DNA of 45,960 nt, taken from IMG/VR virus record IMGVR_UViG_3300044712_000189, positions 1-45,960 of that record. The stretch is one strand, 5' to 3'. Position 1 is the stretch's first letter. Every line of letters begins with the position of its first letter. Shown here one piece after another: positions 8,360-15,782 of this stretch. The position numbers and the translations under genes were made by a program. This DNA comes from a virus. The notes under the pieces are model-generated. The model made no database searches. It saw only the letters and a program-made list of their open reading frames with translations, and was not told the DNA's origin.

Positions 8360-8806
8360 ATGAGCGACGGCTTCCTTAATGACCTCGGGCTCGACACTGT
8401 TGAGGCTGACCCGAACCACATCGCTAACGGTAAGTACCCTGCCTTCGTTTACAACTCGGAGGTTCGCACTAAGAAGGACGGCACTAAGTCCTGGGTGATT
8501 ACCTACAAGATTGCTCCTGACTCGCCGCGTCACGCTGGTCAGCAGCAGCAGGAGTGGTTCGACCTTGAGCCTAAGGGCGAGAACGCTGATCTTAAGAAGT
8601 CCTTTCTTAAGCGCCGCGTGCTTAGCCTCGGTGTTCCTGAGACGCGCATCAACTCCGTTAACCCGGGCGATCTTATTGGCATCAAGGTGAGCCTTGAGAT
8701 TGTCCACCGCGGTCAGTACCAGAACGTCGGGACCGTTGAGGTTCTCGATGATAGCGGTAGTGTTGCCGCCCCGGTTGCTTCGGCAGCCAGCAGCACTCTG
8801 CTGTAG
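8360..8806 (+). CDS. Putative ssDNA-binding/annealing accessory protein (DUF669-like by position)
   Basis: Track ORF with aagga upstream. It follows the AAA_24-type ATPase, as in known phage recombination modules. Assigning it to a family is inference. Confidence 0.6.
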   Translation: MSDGFLNDLGLDTVEADPNHIANGKYPAFVYNSEVRTKKDGTKSWVITYKIAPDSPRHAGQQQQEWFDLEPKGENADLKKSFLKRRVLSLGVPETRINSVNPGDLIGIKVSLEIVHRGQYQNVGTVEVLDDSGSVAAPVASAASSTLL

Positions 8807-8812
8807 TTAGAC

Positions 8813-8879
8813 CGGTCCCCCTGTAGTGCGCTAAATACTGTTTCGCGGCAGTATTACGCGGGGAAGGCTACAGGGGGAC
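8813..8879 (+). terminator. Long compound hairpin (13-bp outer stem ggtccccctgtag/ctacagggggacc)
   Basis: Outer arms are 8813-8825 / 8867-8879, with an inner stem aatactg/cagtatt. It lies between stop TAG 8804-8806 and the tRNA at 8885. Confidence 0.5.
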
Positions 8880-8884
8880 CGTAA

Positions 8885-8958
8885 GGCCGACTAGCCCAAT
8901 TGGCAGAGGCAGAGGACTTAAAATCCTCGTAGTGTGGGTTCGAGTCCCACGTCGGCTA
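8885..8958 (+). tRNA. tRNA with anticodon TAA (reads UUA, nominally Leu) but a short 5-nt variable loop
   Basis: Hand-folded cloverleaf: acceptor GGCCGAC/GTCGGCT (G1-U72 wobble), anticodon stem GAGGA/TCCTC with loop CTTAAAA, variable loop GTAGT, T arm GTGGG-TTCGAGT-CCCAC, discriminator A. No CCA is encoded. Confidence 0.8.
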
Positions 8959-9052
8959 CGCGGCTCTTGCCGAGGTATGGGGGAAGGATACCGTATTTAC
9001 GTGACGGTGGTACGGTAGGTAGGTAAGAGCCCTCTAATAAGGGGTAGGGATA

Positions 9053-9154
9053 ATGAAAACACTTGATGAACTTATTGAGGAAGAGAACAGGCTAAGGAGA
9101 ATCTTTAGTGGGGAAGATGCAGAAGGCGAAGCCGACGAGCGCCAAGAGCAGTAA
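9053..9154 (+). CDS. Possible 33-aa acidic ORF
   Basis: MKTLDELIEEENRLRRIFSGEDAEGEADERQEQ. ggggtaggga lies upstream of ATG 9053. It overlaps the next candidate ORF. Confidence 0.25.
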   Translation: MKTLDELIEEENRLRRIFSGEDAEGEADERQEQ

Positions 9155-9287
9155 CGATACTCGTAAGAATGGTAAGGCACCTAAGCAGAACCCTAAGGCC
9201 CCGAATAAGGGCGCTACAGGAAGAACGGTTGGCGGGTACTCTCCCGCGGCTTTAGAGCGTAGATCCCTTAGGAGGGGAAATGGTTGA
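9117..9287 (+). CDS. Possible 56-aa lysine-rich basic protein
   Basis: MQKAKPTSAKSSNDTRKNGKAPKQNPKAPNKG... GGGGAAG lies upstream of ATG 9117. The stop TGA 9285-9287 overlaps ATG 9280 of the next gene. Confidence 0.35.
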   Translation: MQKAKPTSAKSSNDTRKNGKAPKQNPKAPNKGATGRTVGGYSPAALERRSLRRGNG

Positions 9288-9660
9288 GTTAAGCCGGTCT
9301 AAGACTGTCAACGCTATTAAGTGGGACGGCGAGAACGAGGCCGAGATTTCGGCTCTTGTTGTTGACGAGGATGGTAACCCGCTGACGGGCGTTGAGCAGA
9401 CCCCGGATCAGGTTAAGCTTTATGTCGCTGACAAGCCTAGCCCTGACGACGCTAACTACCGGCAGTTAGAGGTTCCTGCCGGGCACTACGTTGTTGTTGA
9501 CGCTGATCTTCCTGGTCGTGTGTTCGTTCACTCGCCCGAGGAAATTGAGAGCGAGTTCGGTTACGTCGAGCCTGTTGCCGAGGTTACTGAGCCCGTGGTA
9601 GAGGACACCGCTCCTGTTAATGACGAGCCGCCGGTTGACCCCGAGGCTCCGCAGGAGTGA
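9280..9660 (+). CDS. Hypothetical protein (126 aa) with an acidic Pro/Glu-rich tail
   Basis: Track ORF. AGGAGGGG lies upstream of ATG 9280. Confidence 0.75.
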   Translation: MVELSRSKTVNAIKWDGENEAEISALVVDEDGNPLTGVEQTPDQVKLYVADKPSPDDANYRQLEVPAGHYVVVDADLPGRVFVHSPEEIESEFGYVEPVAEVTEPVVEDTAPVNDEPPVDPEAPQE

Positions 9661-9665
9661 TAGAC

Positions 9666-9735
9666 CCCTGCCTGTAGTTATGTGGACTTAACTCCCTGAG
9701 TCGCTAAGTCCCCCACCCATATACTACAGGCAGGG
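9666..9735 (+). terminator. Long hairpin (13-bp outer stem ccctgcctgtagt/actacaggcaggg)
   Basis: Arms are 9666-9678 / 9723-9735, with an inner stem ggactta/taagtcc. It lies between stop TGA 9658-9660 and the tRNA at 9740. Confidence 0.5.
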
Positions 9736-9739
9736 CTAG

Positions 9740-9812
9740 AGCCGGATCGTCTAATTGGCAGGACGCGGGATTTTGGTTCCCGTTAGTCTAGGTTCGAATC
9801 CTAGTCCGGCTG
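9740..9812 (+). tRNA. tRNA-Gln (anticodon TTG)
   Basis: Hand-folded cloverleaf: acceptor AGCCGGA/TCCGGCT, D arm GTCT-AATTGGCA-GGAC, anticodon stem CGGGA/TCCCG with loop TTTTGGT, variable loop TTAGT, T arm CTAGG-TTCGAAT-CCTAG, discriminator G. Confidence 0.85.
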
Positions 9813-9841
9813 CTTATAATTACTACTCGGTGTAAGGAGGA

Positions 9842-11578
9842 ATGTTGGAATTGCACGCCCTCAACCCAAGCAACGACATTAACACATTCCTCGACTTCTT
9901 ATACACCGACGCTGACGAGGGTTATATTTACACGCCTACTAAGGACGCAGAGTCGGGTGAGTTTCGTCAGGACTTCTTTAAGTGGCCTGAGGAACGCTCT
10001 AAGTTAGTCGAGTGGATTATTGATACTACAGACCGCTCGGAGGTCTATATTGCACCCGCACTCTTTAGCCAGCCGTCGGCTCAGAAAGAGGCGTTTAAGT
10101 CCACCAACGTGCTCTGGACCGAATTCGACGGTAACTATCCAGCGTCATTCGGTGATGTGCCAAGCCCGTCGCTGGTGGTACAGTCCTCTGACGCAACCCA
10201 CGCTCACGTTTATTGGCGGCTCACTGAGCCAATGCGAAACTTCCAAGACGTCGAGGCTTATAACCGGACCATCACTTATAATCTTGGAGCCGATGCAAGC
10301 GCCTGGGACTGCAACCAGGTACTTCGCCCTCCGGCTACCCGGAACCATAAGCGAGACACGGTTACGACAGTTAGTAAGGCATTCACGGAAGCACCGCTGC
10401 CCCTCTCCCTTTTCGTTCCTACTTACGCCGTACCCGTCGTATCGGAGTTTGATACTAGCGTCATTCCTGACGTCACGGATATCATCTACAAGTATGAATT
10501 CCCTCTCGTCGTTAGCAGTCTGTTAAGGACTAAGGATCTCCCTGTAGGCGAGCGTTCTACTGCACTCATGAAGTTGGGGTTCTACCTCGCTGAAATGGGC
10601 ATGAGTGACGCTGAGATTTACAGTGTGATCCGTAACGCTGACGATCGGTGGGGTAAGTTTAAGGACCGTACTGACCGAGAGCGAAGGCTGCTTGATCTAA
10701 TCTCGCGTGTACGTGAGAAGTATCCGTCTACTGATTACCAGACCGATATTATTCCGGTCTTTGGTTTCCAGTCGTTCCTAGAGCACGACATTCAGATCGA
10801 ATGGATTATCGACGGTCTGCTACAGGAACGCGGATACATGCTGCTTACCGGACCTAGTGCTGTCGGTAAGACGCAGTTTACGTTGCGTATGGCTCTCAAC
10901 ATGGCCCTTGGTCGTGGTGAGTATCTAGGTGAGAAGTTTACTCGGCCTGCTAAGATTCTGTTCTTCTCTCTGGAAATGGGTCACGCTGACCTCAAGTATT
11001 TCGCTGAGATTATGGGGCGAGACTTTACGTCAGACGAAATTCGGATGCTAGAGCAGAACTTGATTGTTGTTCCCCACGGTGAAGCGATCTACTTTAACCA
11101 AGAGGAAGGCAAGCAGCAGATTCTTGACATTATCGGGGCTGTCAACCCTGATGGTGTAATTGTAGACTCTCTCGGTTCTACCACAAGTGGTGGTCTGAGC
11201 AACGAAGATATCGTCAAGTCTATCATGGACTTTAACGATCGTATTCGTAAGCAATACAGTATCTTCACATGGTTCATTCACCACATGCGTAAGGCTTCCG
11301 GTGACAACAAGAAGCCGAACAAACTTGACGATGTGTACGGTAACCAGTATATCGTTAACCGTGCTACTACGGTCTTGTGTTTGTGGCCCAACCACAACAA
11401 GATCGACGTCATTCCCCTTAAGATTCGACTCGGCCCGAAGAGGGAAACCTGGACGATCCAACGTATCGGCAACATCGACTTTGAGCGTGCGTCTAGTGTC
11501 ACGTTCATAACGTCTGATCCTACAGAGCCTTACAATCCTGGCGACTCAAAGCCGGGCCTCGCATTCGGAGATATCTAA
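9842..11578 (+). CDS. Bifunctional primase-polymerase / RepA-DnaB-like helicase
   Basis: AAGGAGG lies upstream of ATG 9842. The N-terminal half has AEP/prim-pol-like motifs (LWTEFDG, SSDATHAHVYWRL). The C-terminal half has Walker A LLTGPSAVGKT and a RecA-type ATPase core. Confidence 0.85.
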   Translation: MLELHALNPSNDINTFLDFLYTDADEGYIYTPTKDAESGEFRQDFFKWPEERSKLVEWIIDTTDRSEVYIAPALFSQPSAQKEAFKSTNVLWTEFDGNYPASFGDVPSPSLVVQSSDATHAHVYWRLTEPMRNFQDVEAYNRTITYNLGADASAWDCNQVLRPPATRNHKRDTVTTVSKAFTEAPLPLSLFVPTYAVPVVSEFDTSVIPDVTDIIYKYEFPLVVSSLLRTKDLPVGERSTALMKLGFYLAEMGMSDAEIYSVIRNADDRWGKFKDRTDRERRLLDLISRVREKYPSTDYQTDIIPVFGFQSFLEHDIQIEWIIDGLLQERGYMLLTGPSAVGKTQFTLRMALNMALGRGEYLGEKFTRPAKILFFSLEMGHADLKYFAEIMGRDFTSDEIRMLEQNLIVVPHGEAIYFNQEEGKQQILDIIGAVNPDGVIVDSLGSTTSGGLSNEDIVKSIMDFNDRIRKQYSIFTWFIHHMRKASGDNKKPNKLDDVYGNQYIVNRATTVLCLWPNHNKIDVIPLKIRLGPKRETWTIQRIGNIDFERASSVTFITSDPTEPYNPGDSKPGLAFGDI

Positions 11579-13287
11579 TGGACCTAACCGATGTTAAGCA
11601 GCATGTTATCGCTATGGAACAGGCCGACCTTATTGCTGTGGATACCGAAACAACGGGTATCGACGGCATTAAGACCGGCCGGGACTATGCGATTGGCGTG
11701 TCTGTGGCGTATCGGTTAGGTCCATTAGGCGTTTTTAGCGCCTATTTTCCGCTGCGTCACGACGTCGAAAGTTTACCGCTCAGCCCTACAGTTGACCTAC
11801 TTGCCCCGGTGTTACGGGACAAGCCGCTAGTGTTCCACAACAGGAAGTTTGACCTGTTCAGCCTTAAGACGCTGGGCATCACGGACTTCCGTAAGATTCA
11901 CTACGACACCGCTATCGAAATGGGTATCGTCAACGAAGAATGGCCTACCCGTAAGTTGGACTTCCTCGGTAAGATGGTTCTTAACCGTGGTAAGGATAGC
12001 GAGAAGATCGACGCTTGGACTAAGATGTACGGCTGGGGTACTCACGTTCCCCCGCATGTTATGTCGGACTACGCTAAGGTCGACGCTGAGGTTACGCTTG
12101 AGTCCCACGAGGTTCTGTGGAAGCGTATGATTAAGGAAGATACCGCTCAACTGTGGCCTAGCGAGTATGAGTTTAACAACCTGCTCTACGAAATGGAATC
12201 GCGCGGTGTAGGAATTAACAAGCGATTCTGCGAAGAGAAGTTAGAGACGGGTCTTAAGCGCATGGCAGAGTTAGAGTCTGTCCTGTCGTTCAGCCCGAGT
12301 AAGTCAGGCGAGTTGTCTGACTTCTTCTTTAACGAACTTAAGATGCCCGTGCTTAAGGAGACGCCTGCTGGTAAGCCGTCGCTCGACAAGCACGTTATGG
12401 AAGAGTATGACGAGTTACTTGCTGCGTCTGACAACCCTGTAGCGAAGTTGGTACTTGAGTACCGGGGCTGGCAGAAGGCTACGTCAAGCCTTTACAAGCC
12501 GATGCTGGAATTAGAGGTTGACGGACTCGTCCACTGCAACTTTAATCAGGGCAAGACTAAGACTGGACGCCTTAGTTGCGACAGTCCTAACCTACAACAG
12601 ATTCCTCGTAAGAGCGAAAAGGAGTGGAACGGCGATGCACGCAAGGCGTTCGATGCTAATGACCCGGACTACGACCTTATCGGCTACGACTACTCGCAGT
12701 TGGAGTTGCGTCTCGCAACTGCGTATGGTCAAGAACAGCGTCTTATCGAAGAGTTTCTTAAGGATGATGCAGACCCGTTTACCGCGTACATGGACGTGAT
12801 CGGCTGCACTCGTCAAGAGACTAAGACGTTCTTCTACAGCAACATCTATGGCGCTGGTACGGCTAAGATTGCTTACACCTTAGGACGTGATCTGGATGAT
12901 GTGCGACCACTCCACACAAAGTTTCTTAACTCAATCCCCGGAATTACATTCGCTTCTAAAAGGGCTGGACAACTCGCCGCTGATCGAAAGTACGTACGTT
13001 ATTGGACCGGGCGCCGACGCCACTTCCCCTACGGGGAAGGTAGTTACCGTGCTTTTAACTCTATCCTCCAAGGTGGAGCAGCCGAGTTAGTTAAGCACGC
13101 GATGCTGCGTATGCGTGAGATTGAGAACGACGATATTCAGATGGTGCTACAGGTGCATGATGAGATTGTGTTCCGTGTGCGCCGCGGTACTCTCGATAAG
13201 TACGACGCTCGCATTCGTGAGATTATGACGGACTTCCCTCAGTTTGGAGTGAGGTTTGCTGTAGAGAGCAAGGTGTGGAATGCTTAA
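11578..13287 (+). CDS. Family A DNA polymerase with a 3'-5' exonuclease domain
   Basis: ExoI motif is AVDTETTGI. Pol motif B is RQETKTFFYSNIYGAG and motif C is LQVHDEIVF. The start overlaps the upstream stop codon (TAATG). Confidence 0.95.
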   Translation: MDLTDVKQHVIAMEQADLIAVDTETTGIDGIKTGRDYAIGVSVAYRLGPLGVFSAYFPLRHDVESLPLSPTVDLLAPVLRDKPLVFHNRKFDLFSLKTLGITDFRKIHYDTAIEMGIVNEEWPTRKLDFLGKMVLNRGKDSEKIDAWTKMYGWGTHVPPHVMSDYAKVDAEVTLESHEVLWKRMIKEDTAQLWPSEYEFNNLLYEMESRGVGINKRFCEEKLETGLKRMAELESVLSFSPSKSGELSDFFFNELKMPVLKETPAGKPSLDKHVMEEYDELLAASDNPVAKLVLEYRGWQKATSSLYKPMLELEVDGLVHCNFNQGKTKTGRLSCDSPNLQQIPRKSEKEWNGDARKAFDANDPDYDLIGYDYSQLELRLATAYGQEQRLIEEFLKDDADPFTAYMDVIGCTRQETKTFFYSNIYGAGTAKIAYTLGRDLDDVRPLHTKFLNSIPGITFASKRAGQLAADRKYVRYWTGRRRHFPYGEGSYRAFNSILQGGAAELVKHAMLRMREIENDDIQMVLQVHDEIVFRVRRGTLDKYDARIREIMTDFPQFGVRFAVESKVWNA

Positions 13288-13465
13288 GTGCCCCCATATG
13301 CTACCGTTTCTTTACTGTGGTCAATGTAAGTACGACGACACTAGCCGTATCACGGAGTTGATGGAACGATGGAGGAAGTCGTCTTTACAGGCGAGGAACG
13401 CTACATTTCGATCGACCCCGGGCTTAGTACCGGATGGGCAACCTTCCGAGCCAACGGAGACTTAA
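13280..13465 (+). CDS. Questionable small Cys-containing ORF
   Basis: ATG 13280 overlaps the polymerase stop codon (ATGCTTAA). The ORF runs 97 nt into the RuvC-like gene in another frame. It may be real only in part. Confidence 0.2.
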   Translation: MLKCPHMLPFLYCGQCKYDDTSRITELMERWRKSSLQARNATFRSTPGLVPDGQPSEPTET

Positions 13466-13860
13466 TCCGAACAGGTACGTTACGCAACGGCGCTGAGCAG
13501 TTATATCCATTCCTTAGGCGACTGTCTGTCGCACTTATGGAGAACGATTGGAAGCCTCTCGACGTCATTGTAGAGAACTACAGACTGTACCCGTGGAAGG
13601 CGATGCAGCAGTCGTGGGCCTCGCTCGAAACCGTGAGGTTCATCGGTGCGGTCGATTTCTGGGCTAAGTTGCATGAATATAACGTGCATCTACAAGACCC
13701 TAATATCAAGGGTATCGGATACAAGTGGGCTGGAATTACAGTTCCTAAGAACCACGATTTAAGCCACGAGACAGATGCTTTCGTTCACGGCGTTTATTTC
13801 CTACAGCGCGCCGGGATTCGTAAGCCAATGCAGGGGAGGGCTAATGGAACCCCAATGTGA
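13369..13860 (+). CDS. RuvC-like Holliday junction resolvase
   Basis: Catalytic-type motifs are ISIDPGLSTGWA (Asp), VIVENY (Glu) and SHETDAFVHG (Asp/His). Confidence 0.8.
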   Translation: MEEVVFTGEERYISIDPGLSTGWATFRANGDLIRTGTLRNGAEQLYPFLRRLSVALMENDWKPLDVIVENYRLYPWKAMQQSWASLETVRFIGAVDFWAKLHEYNVHLQDPNIKGIGYKWAGITVPKNHDLSHETDAFVHGVYFLQRAGIRKPMQGRANGTPM

Positions 13861-13975
13861 GGCCGCTGTTTACGGCGACCACCACAACGTAGTTAGGTGC
13901 CCCGAGGTTGCTACTGTCAAGACTGAGGATGGTAGCCTCTACTGTGAGAGCCACAAGAATTGGGACGACGAGTAA
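13844..13975 (+). CDS. Small Cys-containing protein (43 aa)
   Basis: Track ORF 13775..13975 trimmed to ATG 13844, which is preceded by GGGGAGGG. Sequence: MEPQCEAAVYGDHHNVVRCPE...LYCESH. Confidence 0.5.
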   Translation: MEPQCEAAVYGDHHNVVRCPEVATVKTEDGSLYCESHKNWDDE

Positions 13976-14256
13976 TGGGTAGGGCAATCGTCCCGCTTAC
14001 AGGACAGTTTCTTGAGTCCGCACTTATGATGCCCGAAGGCATGAAGATTCTCGGCTACCGGGATAACATGATGTTCGACTCTATCGACATTTATGTAGAG
14101 TCCCCAGATTTACCGGAGACTCCCGAAGGTACGCAAGCCCCTAGATTACCCGTTACTTTCGTAAACGTACATTGGGACCCGTGGCTCTACCCTGTAGGGC
14201 TAGACGAGTCCACGCCTATCTATGAGGGGGTCGCTAGTGATCTGCGAGAAGTGTAA
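13975..14256 (+). CDS. Hypothetical protein (93 aa)
   Basis: Track ORF 13960..14256 trimmed to ATG 13975, which overlaps the upstream stop codon (TAATG). Confidence 0.65.
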   Translation: MGRAIVPLTGQFLESALMMPEGMKILGYRDNMMFDSIDIYVESPDLPETPEGTQAPRLPVTFVNVHWDPWLYPVGLDESTPIYEGVASDLREV

Positions 14257-14440
14257 GACTGCTGGGGATATTAATGAGGAAATGATACAACGTGGCGAAA
14301 TGCTTGAGCGCACTGAACAAGCATTCCGTAACCGTATCACTCAGTTACATGAGCAGTGTACCGACCACGACTGTATGTGTCAGCACCGAGTAGGAGTTTA
14401 CGTTGCGCGAGGACAAGAAGTTAGCAAGGCAGCAGAATAA
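14222..14440 (+). CDS. Small Cys-rich protein
   Basis: Track ORF with CEKCK ... CTDHDCMCQH. The alternative start GTG 14237 has a better GAGGGGG spacing. Confidence 0.5.
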   Translation: MRGSLVICEKCKTAGDINEEMIQRGEMLERTEQAFRNRITQLHEQCTDHDCMCQHRVGVYVARGQEVSKAAE

Positions 14441-14843
14441 ACTCGCTGCGCTGCTTGGGCTTGATGTACCGCCCGCTACAGCACCGCCGCCTAAGGTCCA
14501 GCGCACTACAGCAAGCCGTGACGCCGAGGCAGTTATCGACTTTGTTGCGGCCCCAAATACGTATGCCCGGGTCACCTGTCGCGTCTGTGGACACGACTTC
14601 CTGGTGAACCGGGCAAACGTAAGTTGCTGTAGTGATGCTTGTCGTGCAGCAGAGTTAGAGCGCGTTGGCATTAAGTGGGACTGGAATAAGCCGCCGGAGT
14701 CGCGTTGGTACGTTACTAGTCAGACTGGTAACTTAACCAACGAGCCTCTCGTCGTCCCACCCGCTGCTCTCACTTCTCTGATGAACGCTCTCAGTGTCTG
14801 GAAGAAAGACACGAATGTCGTGGACCTCGTAGACAGTGAGTGA
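14403..14843 (+). CDS. Zinc-ribbon hypothetical protein (146 aa), last gene of the plus-strand arm
   Basis: TTG 14403 follows GTAGGAG. Cys motifs are CRVCGH ... CCSDAC. The 3' end overlaps the convergent WhiB-like ORF by 111 nt. Confidence 0.55.
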   Translation: MREDKKLARQQNKLAALLGLDVPPATAPPPKVQRTTASRDAEAVIDFVAAPNTYARVTCRVCGHDFLVNRANVSCCSDACRAAELERVGIKWDWNKPPESRWYVTSQTGNLTNEPLVVPPAALTSLMNALSVWKKDTNVVDLVDSE

Positions 14844-15110
14844 CATAGCCTCGATTACATCATTGATGATGAAGGGCCTAAGATTACGACGCTCGTCGTC
14901 TGTAGTCCCAGCCCAAATTCCGTCGAGGTTGTAGTAGACGGCGTAGTATAAGCACTGCTTACGAACGGGGCAGCCCTCACAGAATGCTTGTGCGGGCTTA
15001 GGAGATTTGCCTCTACCGATGAAGAATAAGTCGTCTACTTCGTTGGGGTTAAGCGATGCACATTTACCATACTGTCGCCACGGTTGGTGATCCAATTTAG
15101 TATTCCCCAC
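14733..15110 (-). CDS. whiB: WhiB-family Fe-S transcription factor
   Basis: Four Cys with WhiB spacing (C17, then CEGCPVRKQC, i.e. C-x2-C-x5-C). The G[IV]WGG-like turn GIWAG is followed by TTDDERR. It starts at GTG and has its own upstream promoter. Confidence 0.85.
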   Translation of the reverse strand: MGNTKLDHQPWRQYGKCASLNPNEVDDLFFIGRGKSPKPAQAFCEGCPVRKQCLYYAVYYNLDGIWAGTTDDERRNLRPFIINDVIEAMSLTVYEVHDIRVFLPDTESVHQRSESSGWDDERLVG

Positions 15111-15152
15111 CCTTTTCTCCCCGTCGGGCCTCTCCTTCCCGACCTGGGAACG

Positions 15153-15180
15153 AGTATACAGAGTCCAAACCCAATGTCAA
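15153..15180 (-). promoter_or_regulatory. Sigma70-like promoter TTGACA-16-TATACT driving whiB
   Basis: On the minus strand: -35 TTGACA (plus-strand coordinates 15175-15180), 16-nt spacer, -10 TATACT (15153-15158). It lies about 40 nt upstream of the whiB start at 15110. Confidence 0.6.
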
Positions 15181-15212
15181 GAGCCCCTAACCCGTATGGG
15201 TTAGGGGCTCTT
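15179..15212 (-). terminator. Perfect 15-bp hairpin ending the late/lysis operon
   Basis: aagagcccctaaccc (15179-15193), loop gtat, gggttaggggctctt (15198-15212). It lies immediately downstream of the last lysis-cassette ORF and abuts the whiB -35. Confidence 0.65.
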
Positions 15213-15217
15213 GGCGT

Positions 15218-15400
15218 TTACTTCATCGGTAAATTGGGCTTCTCTTCATCATCACTAATGTCTTCGCCGCCCTTACGTGGCAACCACTTATTAATAAGTC
15301 GGATTGACACGATCCAGACAATGCTAGACAGAACAGGGATAAGGCTCTCAATAAGGTGGCTTAGACTAAGTACGAGACTGTTGTCTGCCGACAAGATCAA
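15218..15400 (-). CDS. Small membrane protein with a charged C-terminal tail (60 aa)
   Basis: Track ORF. It has a hydrophobic core LIPVLSSIVWIVSI and then a KWLPRKGGEDISDDEEK tail (holin/spanin-like architecture). It overlaps the end of the upstream ORF by 35 nt. Confidence 0.4.
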   Translation of the reverse strand: MILSADNSLVLSLSHLIESLIPVLSSIVWIVSIRLINKWLPRKGGEDISDDEEKPNLPMK

Positions 15401-15782
15401 CGTGCTGCCCTACCCCCCTGGCTATGCCCGCAGTTACAACGGCCAACCCAAACACCTGAATCACCTGCTCAAACGGTGCCGAGGTTAACGCTAGTTGTAC
15501 GGACACACCAAAGACGAATGCAGAGATAATATCAAAGATCCATTCGTGGTGCTCAACTACGTTAAAGATACCTAAGAGCAAAATGAAGCAGATTACAATA
15601 GCGAATGCTTCGTACAGATCATTAGTATCAGTAGTAAATGGCGGAACAAGTGAAGCAGCGAAGAAGATAAGATAACCAATCTCAGTAATTACAACTGTAT
15701 GCTTGTTGCACTTACTGCTTAGCGCAAACAACGCTGCACCCGTTCCTAATAAAACCCCTACTAAGATGATCCAACTGTCCAT
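15366..15782 (-). CDS. Multi-pass membrane protein (putative holin or lysis accessory protein)
   Basis: Track ORF 15366..15833 trimmed to ATG 15782, which overlaps the endolysin stop codon (TAATG). It has 4-5 hydrophobic spans. The gene is visibly AT-rich relative to its neighbours. Confidence 0.65.
   Translation of the reverse strand: MDSWIILVGVLLGTGAALFALSSKCNKHTVVITEIGYLIFFAASLVPPFTTDTNDLYEAFAIVICFILLLGIFNVVEHHEWIFDIISAFVFGVSVQLALTSAPFEQVIQVFGLAVVTAGIARGVGQHVDLVGRQQSRT

Noticed and set aside
8885-8958. Reading the first tRNA as an ochre (UAA stop) suppressor.
   Set aside because: The anticodon read 5'-3' is UAA, which pairs with the codon UUA. An ochre suppressor would need 5'-UUA-3'. 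Genes in the window also terminate normally at TAA.
8962-9030. Possible third tRNA or tRNA-like element (7-bp closing stem ggctctt/aagagcc).
   Set aside because: No T arm or anticodon arm can be folded inside. It has only short local stems. It is probably just a structured spacer or terminator after the tRNA.
15084-15488. Plus-strand ORF of 134 aa spanning the whiB promoter, the terminator and the lysis-cassette end.
   Set aside because: It crosses a perfect terminator hairpin and a promoter, has no SD, and is antisense to plausible membrane-protein ORFs.
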